This document shows positions 12,303 through 24,723 of a DNA stretch of 64,000 nt, piece by piece. Made by a program: the position numbers and the translations under genes. The stretch lies in the NCBI GenBank assembly GCA_051942245.1, contig JAVECL010000065.1:1-64000 (forward strand), written 5' to 3'. This DNA comes from Trypethelium eluteriae. Lineage: Eukaryota. The notes below the pieces were generated by a model. That model saw only the letters and a program-made list of their open reading frames with translations. It was not told the origin of the DNA and ran no database searches. Each line of letters starts with the position of its first letter. The stretch's first letter is position 1.

Positions 12303-15092
12303 ACGAGAGACACATTTTCTGGATTGTATCTCCAGCACAGCCTTCAAGATTGATTTGAAGCTTGAGCGACACAACCAAGCTTAACCTGATCACGAACGAG
12401 CACGAGTCGAGCGCAAGTTCAGGCAATGCAAGCGTGAGCGAATTGAGGTGACAATGGCCGGGAGCATCTTGCTGAGTTAACGTGGCTGTATGGGAAAACC
12501 AAGTCAAGGCATGGGTGCGGTCACTTTATCCTCAGTAGCGCGGTACATTGTGCAGCGGCCAGCGAAGCAGATGTGACGGAAGTGTGTCAAAGAGCCTAGT
12601 CTTTGATCGATTTCGCTTACCAAGCTCAGCCTCTGCCTGCGCCTCTCTGCCGTCTCTTCTTCCTCGTAGGTCATCTGCGGTACAGAGGACTCCTACGGAA
12701 TACATAGTCGTCGGACCAATCAATCTCGAGATAGGCCTATACTCCATTGATCAACGAGTATCTTTTGGCGTGCTACACCACTGCAACGAAATCTATCCGA
12801 CCATTACTCCTGGCAGACGTGACCAGACTACTTACTTCGTGGCGTATGGCTTTACGCCCACGACCTCTCAACGACCGTTGTTTGCGCCGCGGGAGCCGAT
12901 GAGCCCACGCGCCTGAAAGTTGTAGATACAGCAATACTTAGCTGCAGGTAGATTTGCGTGATTAAATACTCTCGTCGTATAGTCATACTTCTGAATACTC
13001 ACGTTGACGACGATAGGTTTAGCGCCTTCGAGAGTCCTATGTCTGGTAAGTGCGCATCCAACATACTTATTCCACTTTACGTATTCATTCCTCGTTTCTA
13101 CAGTTCTTGATAGGAGTCCTGGAGGGAAGACAGCTCTATCGAGGTCTGCTACATCCATGATGCAGCTAGAAAATCTGCATCGTGTGGATGTCTCTCTTGC
13201 CTTTGGCAATGACAATGTAGTCTAAACCATATTTCCTGCGTTCACGGCCGGTCTTGGCTACAATAGAGCTCCCGTGTGGCTGATTCTAATCGTTCGGCCT
13301 CCCATACCTCGGTTCATGCTGTATGCAGGCAATAATCTTGACTATTTACTGGGCGTGGCCGACTTACTATTTGACTCTGGTGGCATCCACAGAAGAGCTG
13401 AGAAATCGGAAGTAGATCTTTTTTTTCTGAGAAGGACTAAGACTAGATACTATTCGGTTAATGACAGGAAACGGAGACGTGGATCAAAAACTGACGACGA
13501 AGACTAAAGTCCCAGGCCAAGCCGCTTCTGAGCTCTAAGCTAAACCTGAATTATCGTAGAGGAAGACCAAATTGGAATTGTTTGACTTTGGCGCGGCTTA
13601 GGGCGACCGCCAAAAGCCGAACTTCTGGTCTTGCAGCAACAGAAAAGGTAATGTACTACGCCGCTGCAACGTTGTCGTGGACTAAAACAATCAAGCCTTA
13701 GATCCCCCGCATCCTAGTGTAGTGCAGATCTTCCACTGTCAAGCCTGTCGAGTGTCACTTCAGCTCCTCACCTTTGCCGTGGCGGCGTCGAGATTCCGTC
13801 TGCTCACGTATACTGATTCGGCCCAGGATCCATCAATCGCTACTCTGCGCAAACTCTTCAGCCGCCGACATTACCTCGCTTGCACAGTACAATACTGTCT
13901 TCGGGAGCAGCACACGCCTTCCATTCCATAATTGCATCAAAGCAGATATCATCTCTCACTCGATGTCACTACAAAGATTTCTCCTTCATACTGAACAGCA
14001 GAATGTTGCGGGAAAATCTCTCCCCCTGGATTTAAACGGTGACTACCTTCTGCAATGTGGTTGCTCTTGGTTGTTCGCTTACGGGTAAAACCTATCGTGA
14101 GAGCTCCGGGCCCTAGTTAGTGATACTTGGTGATCGAGTACGTTCGTGTACTCAAGTCGTGCTGCACTGACTAAATCACGGACTACAGTGAGAGCGATAT
14201 ATCTTGGGTAAGGGGCCTAGAGGAGTCCCCGGGTATCCAGTCATCTCTCGAGTATGTGCGCCGCATCTGTAGAGGGTATGTAACCCATAGCTATCATCAC
14301 ACGACATCTTTTCAACTCTACTGACTCTCTTAGTCCACCGATTCCTTCGCCACTCTCCATGGCCCCTGATACTATCGCGCATTCAGCAATTCATTCCAAA
14401 ATGGTTCCTTGGATGTGCTCAATCACGCAAGCTCATTCTACTGAACTATACCTTATGCAGTCTACATTTGTCTATCTGGCCTCGGCTCTGGGTGCTTGAT
14501 CCCCTGTCGCCTGTTAAAGAAGTCGTGGATCTCAACTTCGTGTGGCTGCCTGACCTGCTCTACTGGTTTCAATTGACTAGCAAGACACCCCGCACTTGGT
14601 ACCAAAGCTTTCTACTTTTACAAGGAAAGGGATCCGACCATGCAGGACACTGTAGCGATTTCGGCGCTGGATGCTACTTCCCGTCTTCCAGACTGGTCTA
14701 CGAAAAGCCATTGCTGCAGATTTTGCCCTCAGTCTTGCTTTTACATTTGTTTAGGACTGTTCGCTTCTGTTGATGCAGCGAGCGTATTTATTAGTTGCAT
14801 GCTTCAGGTCACATGTGCCTTTTTGAATGGCACGATGCTACTTTGTAGAGGCGTCAATCCGTGACGCATTGACTTCTGACTTTCCGTTTGTCAATCAAGC
14901 AGTGTCGATATCGCTCACAAGTTTGGGTATAAATTTTCTGTATTCATCCTATTCATTTATTTCCTTCCTGAATTATTCAGTTCGTCCCCTGATTGCCTTA
15001 TTCATTTACTGCCAAGCATTCGATCAAGCAGGACGGCGGTCTCACAGGTCCTGTCGGAAAGACTGCCCATACCCTCAGCAGGACTACGCATC

Positions 15093-17660
15093 ATGGCACC
15101 TTCTACTTCTGACCGTTCCAAACTACCTGTCGCCGGATACCGTCCTGGCCGACTGGTAATGGTGGGTTCCGGGATCAAAAGTATTGCACATCTTACTCTC
15201 GAAGCCATTGGACACATCGAACAAGCCGATAAGGTGTTCTTTGTGGTAGCCGATATGACTACGGCTGCCTTCATCCATTCACGAAATGCCAACGCTGTCG
15301 ATATGTACAATTTGTACGATATTGGCAAGCCAAGATACCATACTTACGTCCAAATGGCGGAGAAAATGCTTCGCGAAGTACGTAATGGGTTTTATGTCGT
15401 TGGCGTGTTTTACGGACACCCAGGTATCTTTGTCAACCCGTCCCACCGTGCAATCGCAATTGCTCGCCAAGAGGGTCATCAAGCCTTCATGCTTCCAGGA
15501 ATTTCTGCAGAAGCCTGTCTATTTGCCGATGTTGGCATTGATCCTTCGACTTCTGGCTGCCAAACAATCGAGGCCACAGACCTTCTTTTGAGAAATCGAC
15601 CTATCAACACAGGAAGCCACCTGATCATTTTCCAAGTGGGAATCGTTGGCGATAGCGGTTTTCATCCCCAAGGCTTCAAGAACACTAAACTACATGTTCT
15701 TCTCGAGAAATTGACTGAAGTTTACGGCTCGGGTCATCGTCTCGTTCATTATATAGCCCCAAGCATGGCCACTGTTGAACCTACCATCGACTTCTTAACA
15801 CTTGGAGCTCTCAAGAAATCACGGAATGCAAGGCGTGTTACTGGCATCTCGACCTTCTACATCCCTCCCAAACATGACGTTCAGCCATCTCCTTCGGCCG
15901 CGAAGAAGCTTGGCCTTAAAGTGCAACAGGGTGCTAAAAGCCGCAACTTTGGCAGACTTACAATGCCAGAAGATCCCTATGGTCCTCGGGAACGAGTGGC
16001 TATCGATGAGTTAGACAAGCATAAGGACCCAGCATGGTATAAGCGAGTGCGAGCCTCTCAGCCAATGTTCGATCTACTATACCGTCTTGGTAGCGATCCA
16101 AGGGCAGCGGCAAAATTTAAAGCCAACCCAGATAAATTCCTGATACCATACGACAGCGATCTTACTCAAACAGAGCGCGCAGCTCTCCTGACTCGTCGCT
16201 CGTTTCCTGTCCGGCAGGCGCTTCAACCCAGTGCAGACGATGTTGCCAACCAAGTTGTACAGCGTCTATTTAGAGATCCTTCTTTCGCCACTCAATGGGC
16301 ATCCACGTTGAAAAAGAACAAAAGCGACCCTAATGGCGAGCAAAATATCATCGCTTGGCTCAAGCAACAAGGATATGACACTACTCCAGAAGCTGTGGAT
16401 AGCGCGTATCTTCAGGCGCTGAACGTCGATCTGGATATTTATGACTCAGCATACGCTACCTCCTTCTCGGGAGGGTCCACCGGACCTCTAATCGTCATCC
16501 TCAACGGTAAAGTAACTGTCGCAGGTGTTGAGATCAAGAATCCCATCTACTCACAAAGTATCCTCTCTTGGGGTACAACGGATGGAAACGAGTATAATGC
16601 GCAACTCTTTTTACGCGTCTTAACGAACGATGACGGAAAACCACTTCCCCAGAATGCTTACGTTGGCCCACAACTCTATGGATACTACTGGTCACCCAAC
16701 TCCGTGAAACCAACGAAGCCTAACATAAATGGGAAGGTTGGCCAGCCATCCCCAAGCAATGGCTCAGATCCCGTCCAACCTACGCCCCTCTCGAAATTCG
16801 CCGCTACATACAATACATATATCGCGGGTGCAACGGGCAAATATGCAGCAGATAGCCAACTTGTGGTTGCAAATCCCGAACCCAATACGACAGTCACTTA
16901 CAAGGGTATCGTGATCAAGAAATGGACTTATGCAAATGAGTCTTTGTCTTGGCTAGCAACAGACGGCAATGCGCAAAATGTTGCTATCCGCTTCTTCATC
17001 AACACATCTTCGACCAGTAGTGATCCAACCCTTGGTCCCCAATTCCTCGGTACAACATGGGCACAAGGGCAGAACCCGCCAAGCAAATCCAATTTCTTTG
17101 GGCAAATCGGACAGTCAGCCGACCCGGACACCACGGCCAATATTCTCACCAAAGCCAATACCTGGATCCAGTTCGGATTGAATCTGGTCAATGGAATCGC
17201 TGCCATGCTGATTTGCCACGCTATTATGTCCCTCTTCAAGGCAAGGAATGCCGAGGCTGCCAATCCTAGCCCAGAAAACCAACAAGCCGAGCAGCAAGCT
17301 GAGCAGGATGCGAACGATGCCATAAATGAGCAGGAGGCCATTCAGGACAACGCGGCGGATCAGGGTGGTAACGAGGAAGTCGACCCAAACGATCTCGACC
17401 CGGATGAGGCAGGGGAGCCAAACGCAAATGCAGACGCAGACGCTGATGCCGATGCCGACGCCGATGCCGATGCAGACGCTGATGCCGATGCCGATGCTGA
17501 TGCCGAAGCAGACGCTGACGCTGAAGCTGACGCTGATGCTGAAGCTGACGCTGATGCAGAGGCCGATGCTGATGCAGAAGCCGATGCCGACGCCGAGGCT
17601 GATGCTGATGCAGACATTGACATTGATATAGATGCTGACGTTGTGGACATAATTCTCTAG
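15093..17660 (+). CDS. Borosin RiPP precursor: autocatalytic SAM-dependent alpha-N-methyltransferase fused to a long clasp and an acidic repetitive core (type III-like)
   Basis: The N-terminal ~260 aa carry OphMA-family motifs: [37 protein letters not shown] (Y/R/Y catalytic positions), [44 protein letters not shown] and STFYIPP. The C-terminus is an alternating acidic/aliphatic repeat. Single uninterrupted ORF. Confidence 0.95.
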   Translation: MAPSTSDRSKLPVAGYRPGRLVMVGSGIKSIAHLTLEAIGHIEQADKVFFVVADMTTAAFIHSRNANAVDMYNLYDIGKPRYHTYVQMAEKMLREVRNGFYVVGVFYGHPGIFVNPSHRAIAIARQEGHQAFMLPGISAEACLFADVGIDPSTSGCQTIEATDLLLRNRPINTGSHLIIFQVGIVGDSGFHPQGFKNTKLHVLLEKLTEVYGSGHRLVHYIAPSMATVEPTIDFLTLGALKKSRNARRVTGISTFYIPPKHDVQPSPSAAKKLGLKVQQGAKSRNFGRLTMPEDPYGPRERVAIDELDKHKDPAWYKRVRASQPMFDLLYRLGSDPRAAAKFKANPDKFLIPYDSDLTQTERAALLTRRSFPVRQALQPSADDVANQVVQRLFRDPSFATQWASTLKKNKSDPNGEQNIIAWLKQQGYDTTPEAVDSAYLQALNVDLDIYDSAYATSFSGGSTGPLIVILNGKVTVAGVEIKNPIYSQSILSWGTTDGNEYNAQLFLRVLTNDDGKPLPQNAYVGPQLYGYYWSPNSVKPTKPNINGKVGQPSPSNGSDPVQPTPLSKFAATYNTYIAGATGKYAADSQLVVANPEPNTTVTYKGIVIKKWTYANESLSWLATDGNAQNVAIRFFINTSSTSSDPTLGPQFLGTTWAQGQNPPSKSNFFGQIGQSADPDTTANILTKANTWIQFGLNLVNGIAAMLICHAIMSLFKARNAEAANPSPENQQAEQQAEQDANDAINEQEAIQDNAADQGGNEEVDPNDLDPDEAGEPNANADADADADADADADADADADADADAEADADAEADADAEADADAEADADAEADADAEADADADIDIDIDADVVDIIL
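17421..17657 (+). repeat. Coding tandem repeat NANA(DA)12(EADADA)6[15 protein letters not shown] (putative borosin core)
   Basis: Read directly from the codons: GAY-GCN and GAR-GCN units with varied third positions. Confidence 0.9.
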
Positions 17661-18232
17661 AGCAGTGATGAGATTTGGATGTATGCCGTGCCTTCATGGC
17701 TTTCTCCCCATACACGAACGATGAAGGACTACCCACACTATTTAGTGAATATAATTTCATTACTGTTCACGTACAAATTCAGAGCCTAAAGTCAATTCCT
17801 TTCTTAGTATTCACATAGCTGCTTTTGATGTTAAGTGGGGTTTGTACGAGCCCTTACAACTTTTTCGATACAATTCCGAACCCTTCATATCTCGTTGAGC
17901 ACCATTCGAATGATTATCACGCATAGCAGAGCCTCTAAAGAGCCTGAGCACTAGGATATCCGAGTGAGTCCTTGTTGGGCTCTAATTGCATCCATAGTGG
18001 AGATCAAGAACGCACGTGGCCACACATAGGACGGCGGGTGAAGTGGAATGCAGCGAGTACCGCAGCTCATCAGCAACAATATTAGATCACAGTCATCCTT
18101 CAGGTCGATACGTTCTACTAACCTACATATTATATCAGTACATCTTTTTAAGCCTTTGGGAATTCATCAAAAGCATAAAACCCCTTAGGAAAGCCTATTC
18201 GAGCCATCATTGACACAAGCTCCGAGCCAAAA

Positions 18233-21200
18233 TCACTTGAACCGTACGACCAAATTCCCGCGCCATGCTCCTCCACTTGTTGCACCCTGGATATTTGAGG
18301 CATAGAGGGCGTCGTCTTTCCGATTCAAAGTCACGTTTCTTGAGTTGCGTTTCGAACCATTCGACGTGATCGTGACCGATGTGGGTCTGGTTTTGATGCC
18401 AGCAATGGTAATGTTAGCAAGTGGGATACCATCATTGTACGATCCTGATGCCTTGGCAGAAAGAGTGCCATTCGAATATTTGAACTAGAAATTATCAGAT
18501 CTTGAAAAATGTAGGGGCGCCAGGCATGGTTACCTGAACAATCTTGGTCGCGTTTTGGACTAAGGATATGCCGTCATCTAAGTATAGACTTCCTGTAGCA
18601 GCACCATTTTTATCGAGCGCAACAAGCAAACTCCACGGATTCTTCCGCGAAGCCGAAGTCGTGTTGCCGGCCTTCTGCATCGGAATGATGCTACCTCCTT
18701 TGACATGGATGTTGATGTGTTCCAAAGGAGCTGACAGTGTCTTGTTTTCGCCAGGGGCAGCCTGTATCTCCTGTAGTGAATACCAGTCATACCAGCGAGT
18801 CCCAGATGCTACTCCTGGGAAGACCCCTTGAACAGTTGTTACAAGCGGTACCAGCACCGGCGTGATAAGAAGAGATGGTCCAAGCATGAATTGAGTCTCA
18901 ACACCTCTCAACTGTGGGTCATCAGGAAACTCCCAAGCCAGTGCTCGCAAAACTGTGGAGCCAGCTTGATTGGCATAGTAGAATAGAGTGTACTGGTACG
19001 GGAGCAACGAATATCGAATATTCATGACACGACGCGTGACTTCAGCGGTCGTTGCCCATCGATAGGCCTCTTGCGCAATGGTATTTCGGTTATTGTGATT
19101 TCGATATAGTGGATACCATGCGGACAGCTGCATCCAACGTGTGCATAACTCCATGTCGGCGTTTCCATTAAAACCACACGTCTCGACACCAAAGTAGGGA
19201 ATGCCGGCAATTGAGAACTGTAGCGCTTGAGTAATACCGTAGTACATATTTCCCCATTTCGAGTTGCTATCACCGCCCTGCATGTACGGAGGTCAGTATT
19301 TGGTCAGTCTCTTGGTACCTTTCATGGATTTACTGACTACGAGATGGTTAGCGCTGATGTTGATTTTGAGCTTGCGAAGTAATTTCTTACCCCAATGACC
19401 AGTAAAGTTCCCACTACCGGCGAAGGTACTTCGGGCAATGAAGAATGGGCGTTTTCCAGGGAAGGTTGCCGCTAGAGCATTATACGTGGCGTTTGCACTT
19501 GTATGACCGTACAAGTTATGTAACTCATACTCGGTGGAGTTGTACGGTCCATCATTATGCGTAGCGTTTGGAGCAATGACCTGCTTCAATAAAGAGTGGC
19601 CCGGAAGGAAATTATTGATAGCGTACGGCGGAAAAGTAAGGTTACGAATACCTGGCGTTGGTAGGGTGCGCCCAGCAGTAGGTGTTGGTGTCACCGTTGG
19701 CGTAGGGTACATAGACATTTGAGACGCCATCGCAGCGCTCGCCGAAGCTGCTTCTGTGGCATTTGTGACGTTGAAGGCTTCTGGGTACCGATAATCCACA
19801 GCCAGATCTGTATTAGGATCACCCGGCAGCGGGAATGGCACATGGATCGGGTTGAGAGGTAGTTGCCCTTGCCCACAGCTTCCAGTGCACCAAGAAGTCG
19901 GGTCGCTGACATCGAGCCAGAAACCATCGAACTGTATTGTTTTTTGGAATTCGATGAACTGTTCCGTCCAGAACTGCTGGCCTTCGGGGACATTGAAATC
20001 TGGCCAAACGCTAAAGCCTGGCCATTCAACACCATAATAGTAGCTATTGTTCCCATTACGAATGAAAGCATTTAGTTCAACGCCCCGATCATAGGTTGAA
20101 TAGGCGTCACTGGCATTGATAGGATCCGGAACGTAGATATTTGGATCCAATATGGGCATATAATATTGACCGGCTGCGTGCAGCTTTCTGAGGAACTCTT
20201 GGCCTTCATCCTCAGGATAATGTGGACTCAGAGTAAAGTCACGATTCATTTTGAGGTAATCAAGGTCGTTCCAGATGCCCTCGAGCTGGATTCCGGCAGC
20301 GGCATAAGCGTCAATAACATCCTGGAGGTCTAGAGGTATTCGTTAGTTTTCAGCGTATCCCGCTTAGTTCTGTACGAATAGGAGGCGCTTACTACGGCAG
20401 CATTAGTACGAGACAGCCGTGTGGGAAAAGCTTGAGACATACCTTGTCCAATTTTGATACGACCATCTTACCTGATGGAACCCAAGGGCCCAGTATGGCT
20501 GCATGACGGGTGTGCGGACGATTCCGGTCTGGTATTGGCTAATAACATTCTTGGGAGTAGGTCCGTTTATGAAGTAGAAATCAAAGCTACCGCCAATTGT
20601 TCGATAAGTTAAGCTTTCCGATCGCAGGAGCCAGTCTTGACCATGTGCGTTTCGAGCGTAAACGCCATGAGATGAAGATGAACCATTTCCATATCGAGTT
20701 TCAAGGTACATGGGATGAGTACTGTGGCCGTTGACGTCGAACTCCTGGTCGTTATCTAGGTTATATGCGTTCCAGAATGTCTGCGTGTAATTATTTCCCA
20801 GTCGGAAGGAGTGAAAGTTCTCGGCCAACCCGTAAATATTATAATCCGGTACCATCGAAGTCGCCAACTCTAGAAATTGATCTTCGAACACAACAACACT
20901 TCCATAGGTATCAAATAGAATCTCTCCAGAAGTTACACGAGAGACTCGAAACTGAAAGCTCGGGTTGTTGGTCCAGGTGAACCTAAGGTCACTGTCTGCC
21001 TTGCTGGAGGCATTCTCGACCTTAGGCAGCGGGGTCAGATGTTCTGACAGAATGTAGAGTGATTGGTTATTTGGGGCCAAGTATCTGGGATGAATGCGCA
21101 CAGCTAGTCGGTCTTTACTCTGATACTGAACGGAAAGAGCCAAATCTTGTATGTCGTTGCCGTAGACGTTGCATGGTTTGCCGGCAATGGCAAGATCAGC

Positions 21201-21471
21201 AGTCAGGCCGTTGGTAGTCTCTACGACATTAGATGCTTGGTATCCCGGGCATTGCTTTTGCGCATCCGGGGCCGACGAGTCAAGGACGCTCGGAGTGACG
21301 CTTGGTGCATAGTTGATAGATGAAGGGAGAATCGGTGTTGGCGGAAAAGCTGGTGGATACTGCGGTTGTTGCGCTGAAGTAGGGATTGGTCAGTCCGATA
21401 CCTCAAGACCGCAAGACTTTACCTGAAATAAGAGTTGGCAGGATCCAGAGTAGGATGCTATATAGACTCAT
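18233..21471 (-). CDS. Secreted GH31 alpha-glucosidase-like glycoside hydrolase (multi-exon)
   Basis: Signal peptide MSLYSILLWILPTLIS. Motifs CPGY..CNVYGND, YGLAE, PYWALGFHQ, GIWNDLDY, FDGFWLD, HNLYG, RSTFAGSG..HWG|GD, ELCTRWMQLSAWYPLYRNHN and GSLYLDDG. Last exon ends ..GNLVVRFK* at 18233. Confidence 0.92.
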
Positions 21472-23039
21472 TTTCCTTGATGCGGCCCCGAATCCAAACA
21501 AGCTGACAGTGTGGAGGCTTACTAGCCGCTACTCACCGGTCTATTTGTATTCAGTGCAAGAGCGCGACGTTCTCTTCAAGACTTCAAGCTTCAGAGCTAC
21601 TCAGTCTGTCCGTCTTTAGCTATTTGTAATTATCCCTCTAGCAGCTTGACGGCCTCTCGCGGCCAGACGCCGCTTAGGGACGTGATTGTCAGAAAGAAGC
21701 AAAGTCCACACAGTACATCATCAAGCCATTTGACTTGATCTTGGCAGTAGAATATTTACGACTGAGAGCCAATGGGATTTAACTTCTGAAGACAAGCGTC
21801 CACTAAAGAAGAGACAGAGTCCGCTTTTCGACGTCATGGCGCGGTGTACCTGAAAATCTGCTGCGGGGAAATCTCGATCGACCGGCGGGAAAGAAAGCCA
21901 CCAGCATCTCAGAGGTACACGACCACAAGGTAGGGTAGTCTGGATAGAGCGCACACTCTTTCATGACTCTTCGATGTCCAAAAATTTGTAGTCTTGAAAT
22001 GCAGAAAGAGAAATCGGGAAGCATAAGGTAATGTCTGGAGTCACTGCGACACGGAATCCTCCTTCGAGATAAGCGATACCCTTACCTGAATCTGAATAGC
22101 CGGTTGCGAGAGCTGATGATAGAGATGATCGAGTAGATTGAGGCAATCCCCAGCCAGCTTTACTGGACTTTGGTTCTTGAGAATACGTTGGTAGAGCGTA
22201 TTCTTTGACCGATAGTGTTCCTCCAAGGACATCCGGTCACCAAACCTATAACAGACTTAGTACTGTTCAATTCCATGTTGAACCACCATCAAATGGCTGG
22301 CACCGCCAAAACGAGCCGGCGATCGTGCGGAGGCTTGAATTTAGCAGCTAACGCTTATTTATATACCACGGTGCTTGCCTTAAAACTGATGAGAATCCTT
22401 AATCAGCTCTGGGTCACGGCCGCTAAGGATTAGAGTAGAAACGGGCACCATCTTTTAGCTGTTTCATGTTTCATCACATGTTCGCCCTTTTTCATTCGAC
22501 GAGCATGAACCTAGGTAGGTAGCCACCGCTAACGGTGCTAATCGTCGCTAGAGCCCCTATCTTGTGAACATCACTCTATCGTACGGGTAGTCCCTACGAC
22601 CTTCCTCACATGTTCTCAGCGGCACATCAGACTCCAGATTGGCGCGCTCATGCAGCGAACTAAATCTCTGACCAGGGTGGTCCGGCGGTCTGGTCTCTTG
22701 CGCAATCCAATGGAGCAACCGGAGCATTCACCAATTCCTACTCTATCTTCGGTTATCGTATACAAACGGCAAGGTGAGATTCGCCCCAGCATTCCCCGCA
22801 GTCAGTCCCTGTTCGACCATCGTATCTACCTACATATGCAGTGTGTTCTACTACTGTATCAGCCTATATGATCCTCCTTCCTATCTGTCCATTCCTTACA
22901 GTTGGTCCTTTGCAGTCACTCTTTCCATAAAGTCTTTCGCTTTGGGCCGTATTTTCGGACCCTTCTCGCAGTGCCAGTAAGGTCTAGTATTGGCCGTCCG
23001 TTCTTTTCCCTCTTTCTATTCAAAGTCGCGAGCGACATC

Positions 23040-24496
23040 ATGTTCTCCAAATTCACTCTTGCCCTGGTGGGGGGAGTCTCTACCTTCGCAATGCCGGTCA
23101 TCAATCGTGCGGTAGATAATACACAGCCCGCCGGCAGCAACCCAGTGTCCCTTGCGTCCGGTGCCGAGTACTTGGGGCCTCAGAAAAGCGACAACAGCTG
23201 TGTCAAGCGTGATCTGGGCTTCACCGGCCAGATATCCGGGAAATGGTACGCTGTCTTCGGCGATACCAACTATTGTGCTCCAGGGGTCACAGATTCAACA
23301 TCTATGCTGGCCACAGCTGGCGGTTTCTACGGCATGGTCCGGGACTCTATCTCTGCTATGACTGATAATGTGCTCGAGACGCACGATCTTCACCTAAATT
23401 CAGACACACCAGTTGCCTATCCTCTGCAATTTGTCCCTTACAATAGCTCTTGGGGCGAGGACGAGAGTACTGGGTTCGGTGGGACAAGCTTGTGCGAAAC
23501 CAATGCAACCGCAGACGAAGGTCTTGTCTTTTACGCTGTGGTAAGTCATACTGTCCACTTGCATCGGACGGGGCAAGATTTCTCGTGACCTGGCCTCATT
23601 TCAATGATCTGATTTCCCCCTTTGTGTGCAGCAGCACCGAAGAAAGGCCTGCAGCGACTTCATACGGATACTGACGAATGACGCCTCATAGAATGAAAAC
23701 GTTGCTGGCATCAAGGGTGCCGGCGTTGCAAAGGTCAAGGTCGTGAACGGTGTCCCCACGGTCATACAACGTTTCGGCGATAGTGGATACTGGTGGAATG
23801 CCTCCACCACTCCGCGATACGGCGATGTAGCCGCTTATCGAGACGAAAAGAGCGATTACATTTACGCTCTCGGTGGGGCTCCAAATAGCGCTGTAGGCTA
23901 TGCAATGAGTGATTACGTATATCAGGCACGGGTGAAAGCCAAAGACGCGTTCAATCTCAGCCAGTATGAGTATTGGCAAGGACGAGCAGCTGGTTGGTCT
24001 AGCGAGTTGCCCACTCACTTCGATTCGACCACTGCAGTCATGTGGAATTCTGGGCAGGGCACAATTATGTGGTCTCCCCACTACAATTGTTACTTTTTTG
24101 TCCACACTGGTAAGATTACCTAGGTCGCGTTCATTTCCTTTTTTTTTTCTTGCCCGCGTTCCACACGAAAGCCACGTGGAGTGCTTGCGTCATGCTCGAC
24201 AAACCCCCACCTCCCGAGTTTCAACGTTCCCTCCCCAGCCGCACTGGATACAAGTGGATCGAAGCTGACGTGCTCTAGCACCTGGTGGAACCGACATTTT
24301 GATTCGTACCGCCCCATCTCCAGAAGGTCCTTGGTCCAATGATGTCACTGTGTATACTGCGACTGTTAAAGAATTTGGCGGGATGGTCTATGCTGGTGTC
24401 TCGCATCCTTATCTCGATCCGACGGGGAAGACGCTGACCATCTCCTACACGAATTATCCAGCAGACACCGAAGCTATTAGACTTACTTTTAATTGA
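23040..24496 (+). CDS. Secreted DUF4185-like beta-propeller protein (3 exons)
   Basis: Signal peptide MFSKFTLALVGG. Motifs RDLGFTGQISGKWYAVFGDT, YGDVAAYRD, YEYWQG, IRTAPSPEGPWS and YAGVSHPYLD resemble fungal DUF4185-type proteins. ORFs 22902, 23743 and 24299 are linked by introns. Confidence 0.65.
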
Positions 24497-24723
24497 GAAG
24501 TACGAAACAGATTTAAAATTTTCTTTCGGATTGAGGTACATATACATACATATACATACAGAACTCTGTGTGTTGAACAGGATTCGCAGGTCGTGAGGCC
24601 TGCTGTGTTGAAGCAGCGTCTACACGTTTCCTATTTCGCAACGAGGATATCGAAAGGAAGCCGGGGTGTAGAAAAGCCTTCGTCCCAAAGGTCATCTACT
24701 GGCTTTCTTCGTGAGTACATATA

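Noticed and set aside
12530..13500. Possible degraded gene upstream of the borosin (ORFs 12868-13215, 12548-12916)
   Set aside because: Short ORFs with many stops and no motif I could recognise. Cannot be supported without BLASTX.
17266..17760. Poly-SA, H/R/Q-rich and MP/ML-repeat ORFs in alternative frames
   Set aside because: These are shadow frames of the borosin (DA)n repeat, with no independent coding evidence.
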